DNA of 64,000 nucleotides from Limisphaerales bacterium (GTDB lineage Bacteria; Verrucomicrobiota; Verrucomicrobiia; Limisphaerales; JAYPXF01): NCBI GenBank assembly GCA_047608975.1, contig JBLFYM010000002.1, positions 7,189 to 71,188 of the forward strand, read 5' to 3'. Shown piece by piece: positions 27,770 to 36,558 of this stretch (position 1 is its first letter; each line of letters starts with the position of its first letter). The notes under the pieces were generated by a model. It saw only the letters and a program-made list of their open reading frames with translations, ran no database searches and was not told where the DNA came from. The position numbers and the translations under genes were made by a program.

Positions 27770-28063
27770 GTCGTGTAATAGCTACGGGATTGTCCAAAAT
27801 CCCGGTCAGGTTCGCAAGGAATGAAGAGCATGCAGTGGCAGGCCCAGTTTGATTTAGGGCAGGCCAACGGCGAATTACTGCGACTTTGCGAACGCGCAAG
27901 AGAGGTCAACACAACTACACAGAGGATGGTAAGATTGCGAGCAGTTCGCATGAGCAAGCTGTGCAAATCTGGTCGAGGCAGTGAGCAGACACGAGGAAAG
28001 TCCCACGCAGTTCACCAAAATCCCGTTTGATCTCAATTTCGAAACAACGTACACCACAAGCAC

Positions 28064-28519
28064 ATGCCAGCGGCACTCAACGAAGAATCACGGCCCCTGC
28101 GAACCGTCCTCACCATGAGCTGGCGTGACCAGGCGTTGCATGCTGAAGCAGCGCTATGTCTGTTTATGGCCAAAGTTCTCATCCACACCATTCCGTTTCG
28201 CTGGCTTCATGCCCTGATTGTGACGCAGCCGCTTACAGCCTTGGTTGTCCGGCAACCTGCAAAGGGTTCGGAGATCCAGAAAGTTGTATTTGCTGTGAGG
28301 ACTGTCGTGCGAAGGAGTCCGATAGAATTCATCTGCTTCCCTAAGGCGGTCGCCGTCAAGTGGATGCTCAATCGCAGAGGCTACGCCAATTCATTGTGTC
28401 TTGGTGTGTCTCGTCCGGAAGAGGAACTCAAAGCCCATGCGTGGGTGGAAGTTTGTGGACAAACGATCATAGGAGGTGGTGAAAGCCTGCAATACTCCGA
28501 GGTCTTACGCCTTGACTGA
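28064..28519 (+). CDS. Lasso peptide leader peptidase (B2, transglutaminase-like Cys protease)
   Basis: CFPKAVA (catalytic Cys), L.RRG....L.LGV, LKAHAWVE. Confidence 0.9.
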   Translation: MPAALNEESRPLRTVLTMSWRDQALHAEAALCLFMAKVLIHTIPFRWLHALIVTQPLTALVVRQPAKGSEIQKVVFAVRTVVRRSPIEFICFPKAVAVKWMLNRRGYANSLCLGVSRPEEELKAHAWVEVCGQTIIGGGESLQYSEVLRLD

Positions 28520-28762
28520 TGTTCGAACAAATCCGGAGCAGTCAAGAAGGACGTATCATTATCGACACGTTGCCGCTGGAGACAGTGTTTGTTCCGGTAA
28601 TTCGATTCCGAGGTGCTTGAAGTATTTCGTGCCGGTCAATGATGGCTCCGTCGTCTTGGCTGTGCCCAGAAGTCAGATGGCGTGGAGGACAGTCGAGTTT
28701 AATTCGAAGTGCGGCGAAGTGTTCCGTGGTGGATTGCTCAGCAGGTGAAATGTTGGTCCAGC

Positions 28763-29194
28763 CTAACCACCCAGCTCGGCGATCCGGGCCCGGGCGGCGG
28801 AGAGTTCCTGGATGAGGTAGGACTGGAGGTTTACGGAGCGTTCGCCGACTCTAATCCGCGCGTGGAGGATTTCGCGGTCGAAGGGTTTTTGGACGAAGTC
28901 GTCGGCACCGGCTTCGAGGGCTTCGAGGAGGCTCTCTTTCCCGTCGCGGGCGGTGATCATGATGATGTGAAATGGGGTGATGTTCATTTCACGGATCTTG
29001 CGGGTGAGATCGAGGCCACTCAGCTCGGGCATCATCCAATCGAAAAGTGAGATTTGCAGGGAGGAGTCGTTGTTCAACGCTTCCAGTGCTTCCGCGCCGT
29101 TGGTGGTGGCGATGGGCTCGTAGCCCCATTTGGTCAGGAGGTTGGAGAGTACCTGACGGATAATGGGATCGTCATCTGCGAGCAATACTTTCAT
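28763..29194 (-). CDS. Response regulator receiver protein (no output domain)
   Basis: VLLADDD, FDWMMPELSG, IMITA, GADDFVQKPF, short coiled-coil tail. Confidence 0.88.
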   Translation of the reverse strand: MKVLLADDDPIIRQVLSNLLTKWGYEPIATTNGAEALEALNNDSSLQISLFDWMMPELSGLDLTRKIREMNITPFHIIMITARDGKESLLEALEAGADDFVQKPFDREILHARIRVGERSVNLQSYLIQELSAARARIAELGG

Positions 29195-29242
29195 GGACTG
29201 GGGCGGGACTAGTGCTGGCGCGTTCGCTGGGGACGACGGGGG

Positions 29243-29833
29243 TTAGATCTGTTGGACGACCTTCTGGTAGCAGTCGGGGCAGATGCCGTGCGTGAATTTC
29301 GCCTGGGAATGTTGCGAGATGTAGGCTTCCACCTCGTGCCAGTAGTTCCGGTCGTCGCGGATCTTTTTGCAGTAGCAGCAGATGGGGAGCAGACCTTGCA
29401 GCTGTTTCACATGGGTGAGCGCGGCTTCGAGTTCGGTGACCCGCTCGGCGAGTTCCATCTGGAGGTGGACGACGCGGGCTCCAACCTGGACGCGGGCCTT
29501 AAGTTCCTCCTGATCAAAGGGTTTGGTGACGTAATCGTCGGCACCGGCTTCCAGACCCTGAACGATGTTGGCTTTGCCACCGCGAATCGTGAGGAGGATC
29601 ATATAGAGCGGGGAAATTTTCAACTGATGGCGGGCCCGGCAGCAAAGCTCAACTCCGTCCATCCCGGGCATCTGCCAGTCGATGACGGCGAGGCGGGGGG
29701 GCTTTTCATGTTGCAGTGCCTTCATGGCCTGCTCCCCGTTGGTGGTGACCTCGACTTCATACTGCCAGCGGGTCAGCAGATCTTCGAGGATTCTGCGAAC
29801 AACCGGATCGTCTTCAACTACCAATACTTTCAT
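29243..29833 (-). CDS. Response regulator with a C-terminal Cys-rich (ICxxCKKIR...HGICPDC) module
   Basis: VLVVEDD, IDWQMPGMDG, GADDYVTKPF, LPICCYCKKIRDD..YW..VE.YI..H...FTHGICPDC. Confidence 0.88.
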   Translation of the reverse strand: MKVLVVEDDPVVRRILEDLLTRWQYEVEVTTNGEQAMKALQHEKPPRLAVIDWQMPGMDGVELCCRARHQLKISPLYMILLTIRGGKANIVQGLEAGADDYVTKPFDQEELKARVQVGARVVHLQMELAERVTELEAALTHVKQLQGLLPICCYCKKIRDDRNYWHEVEAYISQHSQAKFTHGICPDCYQKVVQQI

Positions 29834-30092
29834 TGCGTCGCGCTCTAACTGCTTGTCAGTCTATTTGTGCCGATACCCAAAACCAAGCTTGTTTACTCGG
29901 TTACCAACGGGCGTTTGTTTCAGCGTGTGGCGCGACCATTTCAGGAAGTTGAAGGAGCGTCAAGCTGCGCGTGCGGATGGGTTTGATTCGATTCGATAGG
30001 TGTATGATGGCGGCTTTTGGGCGGGCTGAGGAGGCTGCAAACGGGCGGTTCCGGAATTGCGTGGGTGCGGAGTTGAGGTGACACTGCGCCCG

Positions 30093-31280
30093 ATGCGTTA
30101 TCGAAGGTTTGGGAAGACGGAACTGCGGATGCCGGTGATCTCGTGCGGTGGCATGAGATATCAACACAAGTGGCAGGATGTGGAGCCGGGGGAGGTTCCA
30201 CCGGAAGGGCAGGCGAACGTCGAAGCGACGATTCGCCGGGCCTTGGAACTGGGCATCAATCATATCGAGACGGCCCGCCTCTACGGGAGCTCGGAGATGC
30301 AGCTGGGCTGGCTGCTGCCCCAGTTGCCGCGCGAGGAGATGATTGTGCAGTCGAAGGTCGCGCCGGCGGCGGATCCGAAGGAGTTTGTGAAGACGTTTCG
30401 GAAGTCTCTGGACTACTTGGGGCTGGACCATGTCGATCTGCTTTCAATGCATGGAATCAACAATCGTGTATTCTTGGATTGGACGTTGCGGAAGGGTGGT
30501 TGTCTGGAGGCAGCCGAGCAGCTGAAGGCGGCCGGGCTTTGTCGGCATATCGGATTTTCGACGCACGCGACCACGGACATCATTCTGGAGGCGATCAATT
30601 CGGGTGGCTTCGAATATGTGAATCTGCATTGGTATTTTGTGAACCATCTGAATTGGCCGGCGGTCGTTGCGGCGGACAGGTTGGACATGGGGGTGTTCAT
30701 TATCAGTCCGAACGACAAGGGTGGAAAACTTTATGCCCCGCCGCCGAAGATGGTGGAGTTTTGTCGACCCTTGACGGCGATGCAGTTCAACGGGCTTTAC
30801 TGTCTGTCCCGTCCGGAGGTGCACACGCTCAGTTGTGGGGCGGCAAAACCAGATGATTTTGACGAGCACGTGGCGGCGCTTGAACATTACGATCGAATCG
30901 CCGAGGTGATTGCCCCGATCGAGGCACGATTGCGCGCGGAGTTGGATTCCCAGCTCGGGGACGAGTGGTGTCGGAGTTGGGATGAAGGACTGCCACCCTA
31001 TGTTGATGTGCCCGGAGAGGTGAACGTCTCGGAGATATTGCGCTTGTGGACCTACTCCAAGGCGCTCGATTTGGTGGATTGGGGAAAAATGCGCTACAAC
31101 CTGCTAGGGCAGGGGGATCATTGGTTCCCGGGAGAGAACGCGGGGAAGCTGATTACAGATGAGGTGTTGAAGACGGTTTCGGCGAGTCCGTTCGCGGACA
31201 AGATTCCGGGGATTCTTCAGGAGGCGCACAAAATGTTGTTCGAGAAACCGGTGAAACGCCTAAGCCAGAGCGATGATTGA
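30093..31280 (+). CDS. Aldo/keto reductase family oxidoreductase
   Basis: [33 protein letters not shown]; probable start 30093. Confidence 0.88.
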   Translation: MRYRRFGKTELRMPVISCGGMRYQHKWQDVEPGEVPPEGQANVEATIRRALELGINHIETARLYGSSEMQLGWLLPQLPREEMIVQSKVAPAADPKEFVKTFRKSLDYLGLDHVDLLSMHGINNRVFLDWTLRKGGCLEAAEQLKAAGLCRHIGFSTHATTDIILEAINSGGFEYVNLHWYFVNHLNWPAVVAADRLDMGVFIISPNDKGGKLYAPPPKMVEFCRPLTAMQFNGLYCLSRPEVHTLSCGAAKPDDFDEHVAALEHYDRIAEVIAPIEARLRAELDSQLGDEWCRSWDEGLPPYVDVPGEVNVSEILRLWTYSKALDLVDWGKMRYNLLGQGDHWFPGENAGKLITDEVLKTVSASPFADKIPGILQEAHKMLFEKPVKRLSQSDD

Positions 31281-31327
31281 AGGGGAAATGACTTGAGAGT
31301 GCATTTCACGCCGAATAGGTTTCGCAA

Positions 31328-31708
31328 ATGACGAACATCCTGGTTGCTGAAGACGAGCCGCAGACGGCGCAGCTGATTGAGTTCAAACTCAAGCAGCAGG
31401 GGTACCAGGTGAACGTCGTCTCCAATGGTGAACAGGCCATGAAGATGCTCGCCATCCACGAGCCTGCCCTGATCTTGCTCGATGGAATGATGCCGGTGAT
31501 GGATGGTTTCGAGGCACTTCGGCGGATCAAGGAATCCAAGGAATACCGCCAGATTCCGGTGATCATGCTCACTGCGAAAAGCCGTGAGAAGGATGTTGTC
31601 ACCGGTCTTGATCTCGGAGCCACCGACTATATCATCAAACCCTTCAGTCCCGCTGAATTGGTTGCCCGCATCAAGAAGGTGCTCGGCAAAGATTCGGGTG
31701 ATCAGTAG
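31328..31708 (+). CDS. Single-domain response regulator
   Basis: ILVAEDE, LLDGMMPVMDG, IMLTA, GATDYIIKPFSP. Confidence 0.9.
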   Translation: MTNILVAEDEPQTAQLIEFKLKQQGYQVNVVSNGEQAMKMLAIHEPALILLDGMMPVMDGFEALRRIKESKEYRQIPVIMLTAKSREKDVVTGLDLGATDYIIKPFSPAELVARIKKVLGKDSGDQ

Positions 31709-31757
31709 CCCGCGGGTCGCGGACTGACCGGCCTCTGTAATCGCCTAAGGTGACCCC

Positions 31758-32885
31758 GTGCTCTACTTCGATCACAACGCTACTTCTCCGATGATTCCCG
31801 AAGCGCGCGAGGCGTGGTTGGAAGCGAGCGAGCGTTATATTGGGAATCCATCCAGTCTTCATCGCATGGGGGATCGGGCTGACAAGGCGTTGGCTTTGGC
31901 TCGGGAAGAGCTTGCCGGTCTCCTGGGTTGTGAGACCGGCGACATCGTCTGGACATCCGGGGCGACCGAATCCAGCAATACTGTCCTGCGGCAATTTTCC
32001 GAAAATCCCACCGGCGTAGCTTGGGTTTCTGCGATTGAGCATCCCTGCGTCGATGTTCCCACCCGGCATTTTTTTGCCAAGCGGAACCGTTTCATGCCGG
32101 TTACGGAAGCGGGTGTGCTCGATGTTGAGCGTCTGAAAGTGGAGTTGGGAAGACGACGTCCCGGAATCATCGCGACGATGGCGGCGAATAATGAGACCGG
32201 CGTCCGGCAGCCTTGGCAGCAGGTGCTGGAGTTGAGTCGCGAAGCGAAAGTCCCGTATTTCTGCGATGCGACCCAATGGCTCGGAAAACTTGCCGCTGCT
32301 GGACTGGGGGATTGCGACTATGTGAGTGGAAGCGGGCACAAGTTTGGCGGTCCGCGGGGCGTTGGTTTTCTCAAATGTCCGTCGGGATCGACGAAGGCGC
32401 TCTTGTTCGGCGGAGCGCAGGAAGATGGCCGGCGGGCCGGTACGGAGAACGTTCCCGGGGTGCTGGCGATGGTCCGTGCTCTGTCTGTGCGAGAAGGATT
32501 CATCAAGGCAGGGAAGGTTGATGAGCGATTGAAGATGCGTGATGACTTCATCAGCCAGGTTCAGGAGAAGCTTCCAGAGTGTCAGTTACTCGGCGCGGCC
32601 TGCGACCGACTTTGGAACACCGTGTCGATGTTGATGCCCGGCAACGATTGTCGGCAGCGTTGGATCGTGAAACTCGACAAGGCTGGGTTTGCCGTATCGA
32701 GTGGCTCCGCCTGCGCGAGCGGGAAGGAAGAACCCTCCCATGTGCTCCGGGCCATGGGTGTCGCGCCCGAAGATACCGGTCGGGTGATCCGGATCAGCAG
32801 TAGTTGGGAAACTGGCAGTGAGGACTGGAATCGACTGTTGGCTGCGATCAGGGGAGTTCATGCCGAACTGGGAGCCGAAGGATAA
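31758..32885 (+). CDS. Cysteine desulfurase (IscS/NifS family)
   Basis: YFDHNATSP, GNPSS.H, TSGATES, SGHKFGGP (PLP Lys), RAGTEN, SSGSACAS. Confidence 0.9.
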   Translation: MLYFDHNATSPMIPEAREAWLEASERYIGNPSSLHRMGDRADKALALAREELAGLLGCETGDIVWTSGATESSNTVLRQFSENPTGVAWVSAIEHPCVDVPTRHFFAKRNRFMPVTEAGVLDVERLKVELGRRRPGIIATMAANNETGVRQPWQQVLELSREAKVPYFCDATQWLGKLAAAGLGDCDYVSGSGHKFGGPRGVGFLKCPSGSTKALLFGGAQEDGRRAGTENVPGVLAMVRALSVREGFIKAGKVDERLKMRDDFISQVQEKLPECQLLGAACDRLWNTVSMLMPGNDCRQRWIVKLDKAGFAVSSGSACASGKEEPSHVLRAMGVAPEDTGRVIRISSSWETGSEDWNRLLAAIRGVHAELGAEG

Positions 32886-32924
32886 TTGTCACAACCTGAT
32901 GGGGGACGTTAAGGTCAGGACGCG

Positions 32925-34388
32925 ATGGCACGGGATCTGATCACAAAACTGAAATCGATCATCTCGGAGGATTTTGCGGCGAATGGGCTCGCCGTTGGTG
33001 CGACGGGGGCGGTCAAGCTTTCCCGGCCCGCGCGCTTCGTTCACTTCATTGTCTTTACGGCACAGAGTTTTGTTCGCAACCGCTGTCCGGTGAAGGCGTC
33101 GGCGCTGGCCTATTCAAACCTCTTGGCGCTCGTACCCATGCTCGCCATCGCAATCATTGTTTCGGCGAGCATCCTGAAGAAAGAGGGCGAGAAGCCGATT
33201 GAGCAGTTTGTTGGCTGGGTGGTATCCAACATCACGCCGGCCCCAACCGGAGTCGCGCAGAAGCCCGACGGCGGCAAGGCGGATCAAGTGGTCGACGACG
33301 AGACCCGCCGCAAGGTGGTCGAATACATCAACACCTTCGTAAACAATATCCGCGGGGGAGCAATTTCGGTGACCGGTATGATTGTCCTGTTCGGTCTGGT
33401 GATCTCCATGCTTTCGCGGGTGGAGAACACCTTCAATGACATCTGGGGAGTGAGCAAAGGGCGGAGTTTCTTCGCCCGCATCGTCACCTACTGGACGGCG
33501 ATGACACTCGGGCCACTGGTGCTGATTGCGGCGATCGGGCTGAATACCACCCATGAATTAGGGGTGGTGAAGGACCGGATCGTGGAAGTGGAGTTCCTGG
33601 GGCAGGTGTTCCACCACGTATCCAAGATTCTCCCCTACATCTTTCTCAGTGTAGGCTTCGGCCTGTTTTACAAATTCATGCCCAACACCAAGGTCCGCTG
33701 GCAGGCTGCTCTAGTAGGAGGAATCTTCGGTGGCTCTCTTTGGCAGCTGAACAATCTCATGGGTGTGCTCGTGGTTTCCCGTTGGGTGACGAACAACAAG
33801 ATCTACGGAAGCCTGGGAATGATTCCGGTGATTATGGTGAGCATGTATCTGGGCTGGCTGATTCTTCTGCTGGGCGCGCAAATCGCGTATTCCTATCAGA
33901 ATCGCAGTGCCTACGTTCAGGAGCGATTGGTGGAAAGCCTCAATCAGAAAGGGAAGGAGATTCTGGCATTGAGGATCATGACGCAGATTGCCCGGCGATT
34001 TTATGGCGGACATGGCCCGACATCGGCGCACGATCTGGCAGAACGCCTGGGTGTGCCATCGCGCCAGATTGTTTCGATCGTGGAAACTCTTCTGGACGAC
34101 GAACTGGTGTTTGAGATCAACGAGGAAGAGCCTTCCTATCTGCCCGCACAGCCGCTCGCGCGAATCTCGTTCGCGCATATTCTTGAGGCTGTCCGCAATG
34201 GAATCGGAGCCGAGCAGACGGGCGCGCTCGCTGAAGGTGAGGATCGGGTCACGGATGAGTATACCCGGGTCCTGAAAGCCGAGCTGGATAAAGCAGGAGC
34301 GATCACGCTGCAGGATATGGCCGCCGAGCTGAGTGCGGCTGAGAAGGTCGATGTCGAATCAGCACTGCCGGCAGCTCAGCGGGCATAG
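32925..34388 (+). CDS. YihY/virulence factor BrkB family membrane protein with a C-terminal HTH-like domain
   Basis: ASALAY..LLALVP, VENTFNDIW, MPNTKV, IYGSLG..P, WLILLLGA. Confidence 0.85.
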   Translation: MARDLITKLKSIISEDFAANGLAVGATGAVKLSRPARFVHFIVFTAQSFVRNRCPVKASALAYSNLLALVPMLAIAIIVSASILKKEGEKPIEQFVGWVVSNITPAPTGVAQKPDGGKADQVVDDETRRKVVEYINTFVNNIRGGAISVTGMIVLFGLVISMLSRVENTFNDIWGVSKGRSFFARIVTYWTAMTLGPLVLIAAIGLNTTHELGVVKDRIVEVEFLGQVFHHVSKILPYIFLSVGFGLFYKFMPNTKVRWQAALVGGIFGGSLWQLNNLMGVLVVSRWVTNNKIYGSLGMIPVIMVSMYLGWLILLLGAQIAYSYQNRSAYVQERLVESLNQKGKEILALRIMTQIARRFYGGHGPTSAHDLAERLGVPSRQIVSIVETLLDDELVFEINEEEPSYLPAQPLARISFAHILEAVRNGIGAEQTGALAEGEDRVTDEYTRVLKAELDKAGAITLQDMAAELSAAEKVDVESALPAAQRA

Positions 34389-34607
34389 GGAACGTGTTCG
34401 CCGCCGTAGCTTCGATTGGCAATCGAAGTCCTCCGCGTCCTTCAGAATCCTGCCGGATTCGATTTTTTCGAATGCCATTTGAAGCTACGCAGAAGGATTG
34501 CCTCAAACCGAACGGCGCCGGGGGCATCTCCCGAACGCGCCCGCTGTCACGTGCTCGGCCTGATTCTGATTGGCAGACGCTCGAAAGAGTAGCTACTCTA
34601 GCGAAAA

Positions 34608-35162
34608 GTGCTGACGGCCATCAAATTTGCAGGGGTTTTCATTGCCGCGTTGTGGCTGGGCGGGAGCATATTCTTCACCTTCTTCGTTGCGCCGGCATTT
34701 TTCAGGGATCCGCTGGTCGTTGAATTGTTGAAGCCTCCGTATAATGGGGAGATCGCCCAATTGCTGCTGAAATGGTTCTACAAGTTTCAATATGTATGCG
34801 GGACCTTTGCCATTATTCACCTCGGCTTCGACTGGATTTACACCGGCAAAACGATGCAGCGGTTCACGCTTTGGTTGGTGCTGGGGAGCTTTGCGATTGC
34901 GCTCTTCGGGGGGCTGTGGATGCATCCCAAGTTACACCAATTGCATCGTCTAAAGCACTCTGAGCAATACGGGTTGAAGAATATTTCAGCCGAAGTGCAA
35001 GAAATGGCACCCGCTTCATTCCGGACCTGGCACAGCATTTCACAGGGGGCGCACCTGTTGATGCTGTGTGCGTTATGCGCCTACCTATGGCAGATGATGC
35101 ATCCCAAGGAGGGGCCCAAGTATCTGGGGAGCGGAAAATTCAATATTGACAAACATTATTGA
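34608..35162 (+). CDS. DUF4149-like membrane protein
   Basis: LWLGGSIFFTFFVAPAFF, 4 TM helices, FRTWHSIS. Confidence 0.7.
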   Translation: MLTAIKFAGVFIAALWLGGSIFFTFFVAPAFFRDPLVVELLKPPYNGEIAQLLLKWFYKFQYVCGTFAIIHLGFDWIYTGKTMQRFTLWLVLGSFAIALFGGLWMHPKLHQLHRLKHSEQYGLKNISAEVQEMAPASFRTWHSISQGAHLLMLCALCAYLWQMMHPKEGPKYLGSGKFNIDKHY

Positions 35163-35229
35163 GCGCGGAATTGGTCGTGCAGCGTATCTCACCCCAGTAA
35201 TTGCTGGGTAAAACAAAAGGATACTGTCC

Positions 35230-35532
35230 ATGATCTCCAACGAACGTCCTTCGCCGTATGGTCCACGGTCAGGGGCAAATTCACAAAGGCGTCAGCAAAC
35301 ACCACGACGCGAAATCCCCGAGGAAATCCCCGAGGAAACCATCCAGGTTGAGCGCAAAACGTTTATTCTGACTCTGAAAGAGAACCCACGCGGGCGATTC
35401 CTGAGAGTGACTGAGGATGTCAATGGTCGGCGGGACAACATCATCATCCCTACCACCGGTCTTGAGGATTTCTCAAACCTGGTGGCCGCGATGGTGAAAA
35501 CTTCGGACGAAACCGAACCTAAACTGACTTGA
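35230..35532 (+). CDS. PUR-domain (PurA-like) ssDNA/RNA-binding protein
   Basis: IQVERKTFILTLKENPRGRFLRVTEDVNGRRDNIIIPTTGLEDF. Confidence 0.8.
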   Translation: MISNERPSPYGPRSGANSQRRQQTPRREIPEEIPEETIQVERKTFILTLKENPRGRFLRVTEDVNGRRDNIIIPTTGLEDFSNLVAAMVKTSDETEPKLT

Positions 35533-35540
35533 GTGCGGCG

Positions 35541-35569
35541 TTCGGGCAGGTCTCAGGGTTCTGCCCGAA
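35541..35569. terminator. Hairpin between convergent genes, possible terminator
   Basis: TTCGGGCAG-N11-CTGCCCGAA; no clear U-tract. Confidence 0.45.
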
Positions 35570-35579
35570 GCTGATTCGA

Positions 35580-35945
35580 TCAAGCCTTTGTAGGAACGGG
35601 CGTTGAAATATCAAGCCGCGTGGCATCGCTCCACAGGCCTTCCAGGTCGTAGTTGGACCTCAGGTCATCGCGCATTACGTGTACGATGACGTCGAAGTAA
35701 TCCATCGCAATCCAACCGGAATGATGATCCCCATCGATTCGTTGGCACTTGTTTCCGTGGTCTTTGGTCAGGCCGCCATCCAGCTCGCTCACGATCGCGC
35801 GCAAGTGAGGATCGCTCGAACCCGAGACAATCACGAAAAAATCTGCCACGTCGGCGACGCCCCGGAGATCGATGATGACAATATCCAGGGCCTTCTTGCG
35901 ATCGGCGTATTCGTGGCAAAGGCGGGCTAACTTCTCAGATTCCAT
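35580..35945 (-). CDS. rsfS: Ribosome silencing factor
   Basis: KKALDIVIIDL, DFFVIVSGSS, WIAMDYFDVIVHVM, YDLEGLW; follows nadD. Confidence 0.93.
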   Translation of the reverse strand: MESEKLARLCHEYADRKKALDIVIIDLRGVADVADFFVIVSGSSDPHLRAIVSELDGGLTKDHGNKCQRIDGDHHSGWIAMDYFDVIVHVMRDDLRSNYDLEGLWSDATRLDISTPVPTKA

Positions 35946-35972
35946 TTTCGCGACAAGGTTGCATCTAAGTGT

Positions 35973-36548
35973 TCAAAGATAAAGCGTGTTGTTCTGAATC
36001 GACTCGGCAACCCGTGCGCCGGTGAGATGTCCGATGGGGAGGGAGGCCCGGACTCGCTGGCGAATTTGTGACGAAGAGACACCCAGGGGGAAACCTTTCA
36101 GGCGGTGGGTGCGGAAGGGTTCCGGAGCCGGTTCGTCTGCTTGGCCGGGGCGCGGAATGATGAGGAAATCCAGCGCGGCGGCCAGTTTTGCGGCGTCCCG
36201 CCACTTGTTCAGCGTGGGGACGTGATCCGCGCCAATCAGCCAATACAACTGACTCTCCGGGCAGCGGCTTTGCCAGCTGAGAACGGTGTCGATCGTGTAT
36301 GAAGTGCCTCCCCGTTCAATTTCCTGCGCATCGATCTCGAATCGGCTCTCTCCGGCCAGAGCGAGCCGGAGCATCTGGATTCGAAGTGGAGCCGGGGCCG
36401 TGGTCGGGTCTGGTTTGAAAGGAGATTGTGCCGCCGGGATGAAAATCAGGCGTTCGAGCCCAAACTCCTCGCACGCGGCCTGGGCAACCAAGAGGTGGCC
36501 CCGGTGGACCGGATCAAAAGAGCCACCGAAGAGACCGATCTTGTGCAT
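35973..36548 (-). CDS. nadD: Nicotinate-nucleotide adenylyltransferase
   Basis: GLFGGSFDPVHRGHL, SYTIDT, LIGAD, VSSSQIR; probable start MHKIG at 36548. Confidence 0.93.
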   Translation of the reverse strand: MHKIGLFGGSFDPVHRGHLLVAQAACEEFGLERLIFIPAAQSPFKPDPTTAPAPLRIQMLRLALAGESRFEIDAQEIERGGTSYTIDTVLSWQSRCPESQLYWLIGADHVPTLNKWRDAAKLAAALDFLIIPRPGQADEPAPEPFRTHRLKGFPLGVSSSQIRQRVRASLPIGHLTGARVAESIQNNTLYL

Positions 36549-36558
36549 CAGCGCAGAT

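Noticed and set aside
27821-28030. 69-aa ORF as a second lasso precursor
   Set aside because: No Y/WxxP leader motif and no Thr(-2)/acidic residue 7-9 arrangement; it lies in the divergent promoter region.
15440-28760. Lasso cluster as a mobile element
   Set aside because: Parts look more AT-rich by eye, but no transposase, integrase or terminal repeats were seen, and composition was not computed.
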